Assembly: GCF_001194135.2 (NCBI RefSeq)
Contig: NC_068981.1
Location: forward strand, 89,201,884 to 89,265,883
Direction of reading: 5' to 3'
DNA from: Octopus bimaculoides
Taxonomy: Eukaryota
Length of the DNA: 64,000 nucleotides
The notes under the pieces were generated by a model. That model was not told where the DNA came from, did not search any database, and saw only the letters and a program-made list of their open reading frames with translations. Positions 13,681 to 26,747 of the stretch are shown here, piece by piece. Numbering within the stretch: the stretch's first letter is position 1; every line of letters starts with the position of its first letter. The position numbers were made by a program, and so were the translations under genes.

Positions 13681-13841
13681 CTATGTGCAAAACCAAATAT
13701 ATGGCACTCTAATCATAACACCAACTGGAACTTCTAACTTGTCTCTTGATGCCTCTGTACAAATATAAAGCAAAAGTCAAGCATACAATAATAATAATAA
13801 TAATAATAATAACAACAACAATAATAATAATTCTTTCTACT

Positions 13842-14060
13842 ACAGGCAGAAGCCCTGAAATTTTAGGGGGTGAATAGTCGATTACGTGAACACTAGTCCG
13901 CAACTGGTACTTAATTTATCAACCTCAGTGGTCAACTGGTACTTAATATATCGACCCTGAAAGGATGAAAGGTAATGTTGACCTCAACGGAATTTGAAAT
14001 CAGAACGTAAAAACGGACGAAATGCTGTTAAGCGTTTTCCCCGGCGTACTAACGATTCTG
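13842..14060 (-). mobile_element. Same abundant SINE-like family, lying between two Dong fragments
   Basis: actggtacttaatatatcgaccctgaaaggatgaaaggtaatgttgacctcaacggaatttgaaatcagaacg. Confidence 0.75.
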
Positions 14061-14067
14061 TAAAAGC

Positions 14068-14460
14068 GATGGGATCAAGCTGGAAAGTGGAGAAACTATA
14101 AAGGAAGTCGGAGAGGAAGGATATAAGTCCCTGGGTATCATTGAAAGAGATAAAATGAATAAACACAAGATGAAAGAAACGTTCAGAAAAGAGTATCTGA
14201 GGAGAACTTGGCTTGTGCTCCATTCGAAGCTAAATGGCTGCTATAAGATTAGAGCAATTAACACGTAGGCGGTTGCTTTGATGAGATATGGAGCAGGAAT
14301 AGTTTCTAGGAGGAACTATGAATTATAAGAGATAGACCGAAGAACACGTAAATCAATGACAATGAACAAGGAACTACACCCCAAGAGTGATGTGTGAAGA
14401 TTGTATGTAAAGAGGAACGAAAGAGTACGGGGATTGGTGTGTTGTGACGGTTGTGTAACT
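14068..14460 (+). mobile_element. R4/Dong-type LINE fragment (RT C-terminus)
   Basis: DGIKLESGETIKEVGEEGYKSLGIIERDKM...RKEYLRR..LVLHSKLNG..KIRAINT*AVALMRYGAGIV...EIDRRTRKSMTMNKELHPKSDV*RLYVKR. Confidence 0.85.
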
Positions 14461-15282
14461 TGTCTTTTCTCTGCGCACCACATACCTGTATTATTTTGAA
14501 CATGTGAAAAGGAGCTAAGTATAAAAATTCCCTACCAAGGGCCCTGGCTGTAATTTTATATTTCACCCCATCAAGAGTCTGTGAAATGATGTGTGACGCA
14601 TCAGCTATGAGTATCATCTCGCTTCGTACTTGGCGGTAGAAACCAGTCAAAAGCTTATACGTACCCTACCTCGACTAATGAAAACGACAGAGTTACAGAA
14701 AAGGGTCAGCGTTTCTCTCAATCCTCCATTTGTTGACATCGCATTGCTAGAGTATGAAGGCACTGGCTTTTGTTACTTGTTTATGCCGTGTCTCTCTTCC
14801 AGAGGTCAGCGTATTTTCGGCACTTCAGTCAAGCTGGCCAGGCTATAAAGCAGATAGTCATATTCTGACTACCATGCCTGCAAATTAAAAATGCGAATGT
14901 CTTGTTTTGATTAACTGATATTTTCTGTTTCTCTTTTGTTTTTTTACGGTAGCTGAAAATTCTGATTAGGGGCGCAAATTTTTATTCCATATTTATAGAA
15001 GACTCATCTTTCTGCCACCTCTATGAATACCTTGTTTATAAGTAAAGTTTTTATTTTAAAAACTTTGGTAGCAAAAATTCAAAATGTTCATTAAACGGAG
15101 ATAAACACAAAATACTCTTCCTCTGCCCATGTTATGACCACAAACAAACAACTCATCAAATCATCCCATTTGGAAAGTAATCAGATATATTTTTATCAGA
15201 CGCTCACGCGTTTGTACAAGGTTTATTTATCGCAGGGGATTCTGATAATAATATTAACAACAATGATGATAAGATAACAACA

Positions 15283-15284
15283 AT

Positions 15285-15322
<38 letters not shown>

Positions 15323-15328
15323 AAATCA

Positions 15329-15360
<32 letters not shown>

Positions 15361-15371
15361 ATCATCATTAC

Positions 15372-15423
<52 letters not shown>

Positions 15424-15435
15424 GTTGTTGTTGCT

Positions 15436-15478
<43 letters not shown>

Positions 15479-15490
15479 TTATTATTGTTG
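15283..15490. repeat. Compound trinucleotide microsatellite (ATC / GTC-ATC / ATT / GTT)
   Basis: Read directly. Confidence 0.95.
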
Positions 15491-15502
15491 TTCTTGTTGT
15501 GA

Positions 15503-15700
15503 GCCTGGCAGAGTAGTTTGGGTGTCGAAAAGCTTTGCAGCATTTGTTCTACGTCTAAATGCTTTGAGTTTCAATTCCATTGAGGTCAACTTTGCCTTTC
15601 ATTATTTCGGGGATCAATAACTAACAGTACCTGTGTAATACAAGGGTCTATGTAGTAGGCCCCTTTCCCCACAAATTTTAGGTCTTGTGCCAAAGCTTAA
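15503..15700 (+). mobile_element. Same abundant SINE-like family
   Basis: gagcctggcagagtag...gagtttcaattccattgaggtcaactttgcctttcattatttcggggatcaataa. Confidence 0.65.
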
Positions 15701-15707
15701 AACATCA

Positions 15708-15750
<43 letters not shown>

Positions 15751-15999
15751 GATTTTAATTTTGTTTCCATTTTTTGGCGAGTGTCTTCCTGAGACTCAGG
15801 GCAGAGAAACGTTCTGTATACATTGGTAGGCCATTAAAATAAACACTCCAGATTGTTGATTTATAAAGTCATGTGATAGGGAAAAGGAGGAAGAAAGACA
15901 ACGAGAAAAATAAAAAAAGTAAACAAAGAAAATAAAGAGGAAAAATGGAAAGGAAATCCACAGCGACAATGCTCTCCTCAGTACGTTTATTATTATTAT

Positions 16000-16248
16000 T
16001 AATATTATTCAGTAGTTTTATTTTTATAACGTGCTTTCACTTCACTACCGAGCGCAGCTCTGTGCGCCTTGGGTATGTGCTGTGGTTTGCTGTGGTGCTC
16101 TTATGTTTACTGTATTGAAAGTGTTTTGCGTAGAATGTGTGCAGTACCCAGTAGTGCAATTTTCTGTATGTTATATATATTTGTAAGTCCTGCTATTTTT
16201 GTTATGTATTTGTCTGAATATTTTTTTATTATACCTAAGGCACCTACT
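16000..16248 (-). mobile_element. R4/Dong-type LINE 3' end (restriction-like endonuclease C-terminus plus 3' UTR)
   Basis: VGALGIIKKYSDKYITKIAGLTNIYNIQKIALLGTAHILRKTLSIQ*. It runs into a gap at its 5' side and ends at a TAA-type tract. Confidence 0.85.
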
Positions 16249-16799
16249 NNNNNNNNNNNNNNNNNNNNNNNNNNNNNNNNNNNNNNNNNNNNNNNNNNNN
16301 NNNNNNNNNNNNNNNNNNNNNNNNNNNNNNNNNNNNNNNNNNNNNNNNNNNNNNNNNNNNNNNNNNNNNNNNNNNNNNNNNNNNNNNNNNNNNNNNNNNN
16401 NNNNNNNNNNNNNNNNNNNNNNNNNNNNNNNNNNNNNNNNNNNNNNNNNNNNNNNNNNNNNNNNNNNNNNNNNNNNNNNNNNNNNNNNNNNNNNNNNNNN
16501 NNNNNNNNNNNNNNNNNNNNNNNNNNNNNNNNNNNNNNNNNNNNNNNNNNNNNNNNNNNNNNNNNNNNNNNNNNNNNNNNNNNNNNNNNNNNNNNNNNNN
16601 NNNNNNNNNNNNNNNNNNNNNNNNNNNNNNNNNNNNNNNNNNNNNNNNNNNNNNNNNNNNNNNNNNNNNNNNNNNNNNNNNNNNNNNNNNNNNNNNNNNN
16701 NNNNNNNNNNNNNNNNNNNNNNNNNNNNNNNNNNNNNNNNNNNNNNNNNNNNNNNNNNNNNNNNNNNNNNNNNNNNNNNNNNNNNNNNNNNNNNNNNNN

Positions 16800-16905
<106 letters not shown>

Positions 16906-16959
16906 GTGTCATGGCAATGTGTGGATTTAAAATAGATTTAGCTGGTGGGTTTTCTTCTT

Positions 16960-17200
16960 AATGCTAATAGTCAAATCTCAACAAATACTCAGAGAGAAAT
17001 TGCCTTTCTAAGAATATGGACATATTATTAGACCAATAGTATGTCTGTCTTGATGTCCAGACGCTCCAGTTTCAATAGCATTTATGGCGGATTGAACCTA
17101 ATATTCCGAAGATAACTGGTACAAAGGTAATTTTCGCCACTACTTATTGGCACATTCTTGAAACCTGTACATTTAAATCACCGTATTTTTCCATGTCTAT
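16960..17200 (-). mobile_element. Degenerate R4/Dong-type LINE 3' end
   Basis: KITFVPVIFGILGSI...LERLDIK...HILRKAISL* on the minus strand, upstream of the (TAA)n array at 16800-16902. Confidence 0.6.
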
Positions 17201-17403
17201 GTTCGCGATCTTAGTGTCTGAACGTATTGTAACATTATGATGCATACTTTTTATGTCATATATATATTGATATCTTTCTACGGTGTTCAATCTCACAGTC
17301 AGAATCCCATAACGTTTAATTTAGCAAATTAATTAAGAGATTTTCTGATACACGATTGTGTTAATTGTCTGAAGTGTCGTAACGATATCTATTTTTTAAA
17401 ATT

Positions 17404-17472
<69 letters not shown>

Positions 17473-17654
17473 TCCATAATGGCGCTTGTATCTTTTCTGA
17501 GCTAACATTTGCATTCTACCACGATATGATAAATATTTTCCATCCACTAGATGTATATAAAAAATATTTGAAGCAGTCGATATAAAAGCCCTTGCTCACT
17601 GTACTAGTGATTCGTACTTAATCGCAAGTAGTTACCGAAAAGCTCTGTATTGGC

Positions 17655-17850
17655 AAATTAGTTGGCGGGTTGTACAAATACTTAGCGACACTTTTTCTTT
17701 ACGTTCTGAGTTCAAATCCCGCTAAGATCGACGTTGCCTTTCATTATTTCGGAGTTGATAAAATAAGTAGCAGCCGAGCACTAGGGTTGATGTAACCGAC
17801 ATACTCCACCCCTAAAATTGCTGACATTAAGCCAAAATTTGAAGCTATTA
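17655..17850 (+). mobile_element. Same abundant SINE-like family
   Basis: tacgttctgagttcaaatcccgctaagatcgacgttgcctttcattatttcggagttgataaaataagtagcag. Confidence 0.7.
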
Positions 17851-18439
17851 GTATTGTTGTTGCTGTTGTTTATGCTATTGGTTTTTGTCGTCGTTGTCAT
17901 CATCATCACCATCATCAGCATAATCATCTTCATTATCATCATTATCATCATCATCATTGAAGGTAGATTGAGGTGTTTCTTTCGCTCTTTTTATATTTTC
18001 AGTCAAAACTCAACTTTGCTTTCATTCTTCAGCAGGATAAAATAAAGTAGCAGTCAAATACTGCAGTCAATTTAATCGAGCGATCTCTCCTCAAGCCCTC
18101 TGGCTTCTTGCCACTATTATAAAGGATTATTATTAACATCTGCAGAAGGTAAATAGGAACAACGGTAGCAGGTTGACCGGATTACGCTTTATGGTTTAGA
18201 GCTATACTGATTTTTTGTTTTTAAATTTCGAATGCAATGTTCGATTTTCCTTTTAAGTTTACAGTCAATAAACTAAAGGCGATGAATTACAGAGCTCGAT
18301 TTAATTGACCGTATACGTGTATGAAATGTGTCCTTGTAATCTATAATAAGAATTCTTTCCCTTTGAATCGTACATGATATTGAATGTAGTTTCCGCATAA
18401 CTTATATCACGCTTGTATATTTCTTATTCATGTTCTACT

Positions 18440-18740
18440 GTGCATGTGTTTCGCATTGGTTACTATTTATAACCAGGCACTATTCATAAGCTGTTTTTCC
18501 CGGCATCCGGCTTCGGATTTTCCCATGTGAGCGCGTGTGCATCGTTGGCGATTTTCTTTCTCTGTCTTCCATTCTTTGGACTTTTCTTATATTTCTGACG
18601 AAGATTTCCGATCGAAACGTTATATCCTCTTTCTTTTCTTTCCTTTCCTTTCCTGGGTGTCCAATAACACTGTACTTATTCCACGTCTTTCACGTTGTTT
18701 TTTCGTGTTTTGTCTTGCTTGTTCATGTTTAAATTGTGGG

Positions 18741-18745
<5 letters not shown>
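18440..18745 (+). mobile_element. Probable PLE 3' terminal fragment with a hammerhead-like motif
   Basis: ctgacga a gat-ttccg-atc gaa acgt t at 18595-18621, followed by a pyrimidine-rich tail organised like 25176-25310. Confidence 0.45.
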
Positions 18746-18779
<34 letters not shown>

Positions 18780-19142
18780 ACACATATAAACTTACTTGGA
18801 AATGGATGCGTGGCGTTCAATTAAATAATAATGATAATAAATAATATATATGTATATATGNNNNNNNNNNNNNNNNNNNNNNNNNNNNNNNNNNNNNNNN
18901 NNNNNNNNNNNNNNNNNNNNNNNNNNNNNNNNNNNNNNNNNNNNNNNNNTATATATATAAATATATATATATATATACATATGCTCGAAATGAGGAGTAG
19001 ATAGAGAGCCAACAACTGATGAAAGGTCCTTTCTCTGTGTTTACTCATCCTGATTTTACGTACTTCATGTTTGCACAGTTGGTGACGTCCTGTACCCATA
19101 TATGCATATATATGTATATGCAAATATATTATTTATTAATAT

Positions 19143-19173
<31 letters not shown>

Positions 19174-21970
19174 GTATGTATGTATGAATATGCGCAGATT
19201 TGTATGTTATGTATGTATTCGTTGTTTTCTCCATTGAAAAGAACATATTCCAAGTTTCAATGAGCTTGAATTTGTTTAAATTATCATTTTGTATCTCGTC
19301 CAAGTCTCTCTCTCTCAGTAAATATAGACATGTTCCTCTATTGTCGTATGCCTTCAGTTATTTTTAAAGTATAATTTAAGTATTTCACTTTGAGAGTTTT
19401 GCACGAGCCACTGTACACATTCTAATCTAACGTTTTATACGATCAAACTTTTCTATTACATTCAACTTGTGGTATTATATAGTTTTTCTTTTTAGCCAAA
19501 TGCGTTGCAGCCAGTGTTTGTCTTTAAAACAATTCTGGCTAATATTCTAATGTATAATGTAGAATGTGTACGTTGGCAAATCAGTGCAGTGCATAAAAAA
19601 ATTAAGTATGTTAGCTAGACACGCGAACGAAACATACTTAACAGCATGAATAAACTAAGAAATATCCTAGGGTTTTCGTTACTATCGAATAGCCTGTTTT
19701 AACTTTGAAACAGGCTTTCATCTCGTTGAGGTCGACAGCACCTTTAATTCTTATGGGTTGACAAAATACGCCCGTTAAGTACGGAGCCTGATTTAATCAA
19801 TTTACCTCTTCCACTAAGTTTGAACTTTCTTCCTATATTAGAAAGTATTATGATTGTTGCTATTTTATTTAGGCTACTGAATACCAGAAATGTCTGTGCA
19901 TCACGAAGGAAATGTCTTGCTATTAATGGTGCTTTGTATTCAGGCATCAAATCTCACCTGAGTAAACTATGTCGTTTGTTTTTTGAATGTCTATTTAAAT
20001 CAACTATATCTTGCTTTATAATTGTGTGGCTTTGCATCAATATAAGAAAATATTACCGCAAGTCTCAGTGTAGCTGGGTGGTAAAAACGAAAATCATTTT
20101 AGAGGGAACATTATTTGGTTTAATACTTTCATTCACCATTTACAAATGTTACCAAAAATTTGGTAACAGTACTATCTACTCACATGAATATCCCAACTTT
20201 CTAGTGAGCAAATTGTTAACGATAATTACGCTTTTCTCGGTAATCCCGTTTCTAAGTCACATGCTAAACTAGAACATAACATATGCCTACAAAGGCTTTA
20301 TCCCGGTTGCCCTTTTGTGACTGCCGAAATAAATCCATTGGTCAACAGAAGGGATTTGCGAGGCAAAAGTCTACAGAGCGATCCTAAATTCATTAAATGG
20401 CTTCGTGACAAACTAAACGGTACTTAGAACGAATCACTTCAATGGAAGATTTAATCAGCATATACATTCCTGCAAATTCCAGAGGAAAGGAAAACATCAG
20501 TTCCCTGTCAGTATTTTCTGGAAGCTTCAAAGCCAGAGAAATGAGCAGCCCAATGTAAGATGCAGCAATCCTGACGAGGTCCTTACTTATACACTTAAAG
20601 AACATATCTCCAGTGTTTATCATTTAACGAACATCCATATATTGCAGTATCCTTCTGTATTCCGTATCTATCAAATGTAAATGCTGAATGAATGAATATA
20701 TAACCTATAAACACATTAGTTGTGATCAATCCACTTCTGGCCTTCGGCTGTTTCTCGGAGCAGATTTAACTCTTGATCAGACATCAGAACCTGAGCAGTA
20801 GCACGGAAGACCGCCATTTATAATCTTAAAACAATTGAACATGGAGCTGTGTATCGATTTTATAAACACTCGATGTCTTTTGAAGGCATATTACAGGTAA
20901 TAATGATTTACAACTTATACAAGGTTTAAAACCTTATGTATGTTAAGAATAATTATTTCTTGACAAAACGCACCCATTTATAATGGTGGATGTATGGTAT
21001 AGGCAATTTAATCAACCTTACGATATTCCTGTAGCTTATTTTGTAGGTTGCAGGAGAAAAATGCTGACAGCATTTGAACGTAGAACTTAAACAGCAATGC
21101 TTCAAACAGTTAAATCTAGCATTTCTATCACACCACAGATTTGATTGTAATAATATATTTTAAGAAGATTGTTAAGTCTTAATTAAACTTCGATACAATG
21201 CATACAATATTTCAATGCAATATTTTATTCCAAATTTATATTTGGCAATCATGTTGCTTTCGCCTATTCTGAATATCTGCATTTAAGATGCATAATCTAT
21301 GGAAATAACATGTTAAAAATGATTAAATTATCAATTTAAATATAACTATAGAAGACGTAAATACGTTATAAATGTTCATCAATAACAAATGCTGCTAATA
21401 TTGAGTCTTAAAATTACAATATCTGTTAACAAATATAGGATGAACATAAAACTATACACCTGTCCGAAAATATAAATAGAATATTTGAATATATTTGAGC
21501 ACAAGGACTCAATTTTCTTCGCGCAGGGAAGTTTATAACGGATTAAACAGAGTAATTTTGACTTTCATTGCGTTATTATTCACTACATATTTAAGAACAG
21601 AAAAGCTGTCTGTTGTAGAAATCGAAATCGCAAAGAAGTGTAACTAAACACCACAAGGAACTTTTTACGAGGTTAAGCGATTCTGTTATATATATATATA
21701 TATNNNNNNNNNNNNNNNNNNNNNNNNNNNNNNNNNNNNNNNNNNNNNNNNNNNNNNNNNNNNNNNNNNNNNNNNNNNNNNNNNNNNNNNNNNNNNNNNN
21801 NNNNNNNNNNNNNNNNNNNNNNNNNNNNNNNNNNNNNNNNNNNNNNNNNNNNNNNNNNNNNNNNNNNNNNNNNNNNNNNNNNNNNNNNNNNNNNNNNNNN
21901 NNNNNNNNNNNNNNNNNNNNNNNNNNNNNNNNNNNNNNNNNNNNNNNNNNNNNNNNNNNNNNNNNNNNNN

Positions 21971-22005
<35 letters not shown>

Positions 22006-22413
22006 ATCGATTATCTTATATACTTCATGTAAGTAACAATCTATCTGAATTAGTATTTAGAATTTAAAAGCGACATTGAAAGATATTTTAAATAAATTCA
22101 AATCATTTAGTTTTTTCTACAATATAAGAGCGTGGATATTCTCTCAAAAGCTACTCGTGAAATCGACGGACAGGCTTTGCTATTATTAAGTGTCATCAGA
22201 GAAGTATATTCTATTCAGTTAGCATGAATATGTGTGACCAGCTAATGTGGCGTACATTATTATTTTCGGTTATATGCCAGAGAAAAAATAGCTTAGACGG
22301 TTTTCTGAAAATGCAAATTAGGTAGGTTCTTACATTTGTAATATGGTGAGTCTCACTGGCTTGTTTGTGCCTTGGTAAGAGGAAAGGCTAGGCAAGTCAA
22401 CTTCAACTGAAAG

Positions 22414-22564
22414 ACTGCTCTATATTTAAAAGATGAGGAATTATGTACATTATTTACATTTGACAGATATTTGTCTTCATCTTGTTTGTTGGTAACACAA
22501 CGTTTCGGCTGGTGTCTTGGGGGAAATTTCGAACCTGCATTCTCAGTCCTAAGGTAGTTTTCGA

Positions 22565-22647
<83 letters not shown>

Positions 22648-22856
22648 TCACTGCTTGGAATCGAACTCGGAATCTTGAGGTTAGTAACCCGTGCTCTTAA
22701 CCCCTACGCCATATCGAAAAATAGCTTAGGAATGAGAACCCAGTTTCGAAATTCCCCCAAGACACCTGATGAAGGCTGGAGGGTATATCAGCCGAAACAT
22801 TGTGTTAACAACAAACAAGATGTGACAAATACCAGTCAAATGTAAATAATGTAATA
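22414..22856. mobile_element. PLE family P1 3' module inserted as an inverted pair (minus copy 22414-22714, plus copy 22713-22856) with a 12-bp target-site duplication
   Basis: Both halves match the P1 3' module. TTCAACTGAAAG occurs at 22402-22413 and at 22857-22868. Confidence 0.85.
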
Positions 22857-23439
22857 TTCAACTGAAAGGCAAGGAGTGGAGACTTTCAAGCAGTCTGTTA
22901 CCTGCTTAGACACACACTTCCAGCAACTCCAGGGTAGATGGACCTTTTCAGTTCTGTGATGTAATTCGCTCTTGAGAAGTCCACTCTAATGCAAAATCTA
23001 TAACTTGCTGGTCGTCGCAGGTGTCCTATCACGCTGAACCACTGTGGTGAGACCTCCAAGTCTGAAGGGTGTGAATGTATTGTGTGGACTGATTCTCACT
23101 TTAAAACTATTAAGCACAGGCAGGAAGAAATGCTCTGCAACACCAAGGATCGGTTTACATAATCAATCGTGGGTGTGCAGTTCTTCTTCAGGAGCTCCAG
23201 ACAAGAAATACTTGCCATCAATATAATGAGTGGAAAATCAAGGTGAAATGATATCCATGGAATAAGTACACAATCTACAAATCTAAAAATGGGTTGCTTT
23301 TATCATCTAATTTCATAGAAGATACTGATCATGAATATTATATAATTCATTATTTTGAAAATGTTAGAATCTGTCGTATTACTATTTATTACACTCATCA
23401 ACAAATATAGGTATTAGGGATACTGTTATCCTCGACAAG

Positions 23440-24170
23440 AAGATACTCCGTCGGATCAACTTGGCCTCTGCATCTTTCGGGAGACTCAGCAAATGAATCT
23501 TTCGAAACAGCAAGAACCTTAGAGCAAGCGCAAAAATCTCTGTTTATTGAGCTGTCTGCATATCCTGTACGAGTTTGAGTGCTGGGCGACCATGTGTCGG
23601 TCCCATATCAGACAGCGTGTCCTATCAGATTCCTCCAAAGTATCCTCGGTCTCGCGTGACAGGACAATGTACCTCATAGTGAAATCATCTTGAGGGCTGG
23701 CATCTACAGCCTGGGGGCCTATATCCCACGTCGTCTTCTCCGCTGGGTTGGCCATGTGGTTCAGATGTCGGATAACCGGCTCCCAAAGATAGTCGTCTTT
23801 AATAAGAATGAACCTGGCGGTAGACCTGACGGACCTCCAAAACTTCGTTTCTACGATCATCACAAACGGTCTTTCATTTTATGCGGTGTCTATCACAATC
23901 GTTGGTGGCTCCCGCTGATAATCAGAAGGCACGTAAGTCCGAATGTGACGTTAGGTTCGAGCGCTTTGAAACCGAATGCAGGACAGTGCATGGATAGAAG
24001 ATGAGACATCGTTATTAAACTTCATCGACGGTCTCCAAAGATGACTTTCAGTTTCATTAGTGCCACTATATCTGCCTATCGCGTATCGATCTTGTCAGTC
24101 ACGTCCGCTCCCATGAGAAACAATATGCTGAAGGCAAAGGACGGTGAATGTATTGGATCGACGCGGTCAC
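23440..24170 (+). mobile_element. RTE-clade LINE 3' fragment
   Basis: RINLASASFGRLSK*IFRNSKNLRASAKISVY*AVC..LLYEFECWA...AWQDNVPHSEIILRAGIYSLGAYIPRRLLRWVGHVVQMSDNRLPKI...GRPDGPPKLRFYD, the RTE/BovB-type RT C-terminal motifs. Confidence 0.88.
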
Positions 24171-24179
24171 CGCCTTTGA

Positions 24180-25310
24180 TGGGTCGTCATAAATAGGGCA
24201 AAACTACGAATGCACATATGTTCATAAACAAAATCACATACGCACACGGAACCACACTTCAATACTTACAACAATTCATCAACCAGTATTCCCAGCCTTA
24301 GAATGCCTGACGCCATCCTCATACACCAAAGAAAACCAAATATCACCAACAGAAGAGAGATTCGGGAAGCTAGCTGGTTGCTATAGCCACACCTTTTCGT
24401 GCATGTCCACTCTACACGCACTCACTTGCGCACATCGGCAGCATTCGTAATTTTCTTGAAAATGGGGTCATAACTTCGAAATATTGAATGCAAGGTAAGT
24501 CTACATTAATTCATAAATTTGTTTTCTTGTAATTTGTCTTGCATTTACTTCGCATTGTTCTGGCCTTCTCCCACACCTATTTCCTCTCACCCACCTCTCC
24601 TCTCTTGCTCTGGCATCCACTTCCTCTCTTCACTTCTACCCATCTTCTCCCTTCCACCCTCTCCCTTCATCGTCACCACTCCCTTGTTACCCACTCCTAC
24701 ACATTCCAACCCCACCATCCCTTTACATACTATCCCACCCACCCACCTTTGCTTCCCCACTCTCGCTTCCCACACACCCCAAAACCACCACACCACACCA
24801 CACTACCAAACCACCACACCACACATCACCACACCACACACCACCATGCCACCCCACCCCACATCACACCATCCAGCACACACTACCACTGACCACTTGC
24901 CCGCACTCACATAGCGCACACACTAGCACTGGCCACTTCCCAGCACCTACACTACCATCCACACACCTACACATGCCCACAGGCATACGTCGAGGTCACC
25001 AGTCCCCTTCTCTCCGCATATACACGCTCTCACATACACACGACCGCGCACCTTCGTTTTGGGATTACCACTACTTCCTAGCTCTCCTGTGTGAATCCTC
25101 TGTCCAGCATTAATCATGATAGATCGCTAGCGATTAAAACTTTTCTATTTTCTCTCCCTGTTTATTTCTGTGTTCCTTTCTGTCGAAGAGCGTAGGCTCG
25201 AAACGTAAAAGTCTTTCTCACTTCAAGAGCATCAAACTAATACACCTGTTTGTTGGTTACACACTCGTCTTCGTCTTTTGCTTTTTTTTGTAAATTCTCA
25301 CTACAGATAT
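24180..25310 (+). mobile_element. Probable Penelope-like element 3' part (third family)
   Basis: At about 24290-24365 the plus strand gives SLRMPDAILIHQRKPNITNRREIR, resembling the PLE GIY-YIG C-terminal L-x2-EA-x2-I-x4-P-x2-N. A C/A-rich tract and a hammerhead-like motif (25176-25211) follow. Confidence 0.55.
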
Positions 25311-26057
25311 ATATATATATATATATNNNNNNNNNNNNNNNNNNNNNNNNNNNNNNNNNNNNNNNNNNNNNNNNNNNNNNNNNNNNNNNNNNNNNNNNNN
25401 NNNNNNNNNNNNNNNNNNNNNNNNNNNNNNNNNNNNNNNNNNNNNNNNNNNNNNNNNNNNNNNNNNNNNNNNNNNNNNNNNNNNNNNNNNNNNNNNNNNN
25501 NNNNNNNNNNNNNNNNNNNNNNNNNNNNNNNNNNNNNNNNNNNNNNNNNNNNNNNNNNNNNNNNNNNNNNNNNNNNNNNNNNNNNNNNNNNNNNNNNNNN
25601 NNNNNNNNNNNNNNNNNNNNNNNNNNNNNNNNNNNNNNNNNNNNNNNNNNNNNNNNNNNNNNNNNNNNNNNNNNNNNNNNNNNNNNNNNNNNNNNNNNNN
25701 NNNNNNNNNNNNNNNNNNNNNNNNNNNNNNNNNNNNNNNNNNNNNNNNNNNNNNNNNNNNNNNNNNNNNNNNNNNNNNNNNNNNNNNNNNNNNNNNNNNN
25801 NNNATGGCTGATATTTAGCAAGGTGAGACACACATAAGAAGGAAGGAAACAAAGGACCACTGATGAGGTCACAGAAGTGTGACGAAAGAACTCTGGCGGA
25901 AATAAGATTAAGATTAATATAATGTAATATAAAGCTGAAGCAAATTAACACCAAATATACAGTGCGTGTGTTTTTATTGGCTAAACTGGCACTATGACCA
26001 TCCCCAAGTACAACAACATCTGTTTCAACACACGATTTCACATCAAAAATCTTGCAA

Positions 26058-26098
<41 letters not shown>

Positions 26099-26199
26099 AT
26101 GTGCTCCATGTATATGTACATATACACGTGCATATATAGATTTGCACATATATAATTATATGCGTACACATATATCTATTTATCTTAATACATCATAGA

Positions 26200-26496
26200 C
26201 TCTCCGTCGTTGGACGACGTATGTCGGTTCGGTAAATTCTTGCCGTACAACCATATAGATGATTTGTTTATAGCAATCAAATGTTTGTGTTCACATAAGA
26301 TCACTTCCTCCATCAAATCGACGTTACCTATACAAATACATCATGTGCCACATGTCAGATGACGAAATGATCGCAGAGGAACATGAAACGAAGTGCTTTG
26401 CTCAAGAACACAACGTAACGCTTGGTCTGGGAGTCGAACCCACTATCTTGTAATCGTGAGGGCAATGCCCCTAATCACTAGGCCATGCGCTTTCAC
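26200..26496 (-). mobile_element. Older tRNA-derived SINE
   Basis: Head gtgaaagcgcatggcctagtgattagggg...gatagtgggttcgactcccagacc...tgtgttcttgagcaaagcac. Confidence 0.65.
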
Positions 26497-26657
26497 AGTA
26501 TATACATAGGTATATATAGGTAGAGTACATAGATAGACGAAGGGAAGTATGGATGGACGGTTATGAGTAATGCGAGCTTTTATATTTTCCTGCCTACGCA
26601 GACACTAATGTACGCACAGACAGACTTAAACAAGTGCCTGTGTGAGCTTACGTTTCC

Positions 26658-26747
<90 letters not shown>

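Noticed and set aside
14486-14665. Open minus frame ending at a good donor (CAG|GTATGT at 14486)
   Set aside because: The best nearby acceptor leads to stops in all three frames, the peptide is unrecognisable, and it abuts a Dong fragment.
15283-15490. Graded ATC-GTC-ATT-GTT compound repeat as a functional element
   Set aside because: Explained by ordinary point mutation plus slippage; similar compound tracts recur throughout the window.
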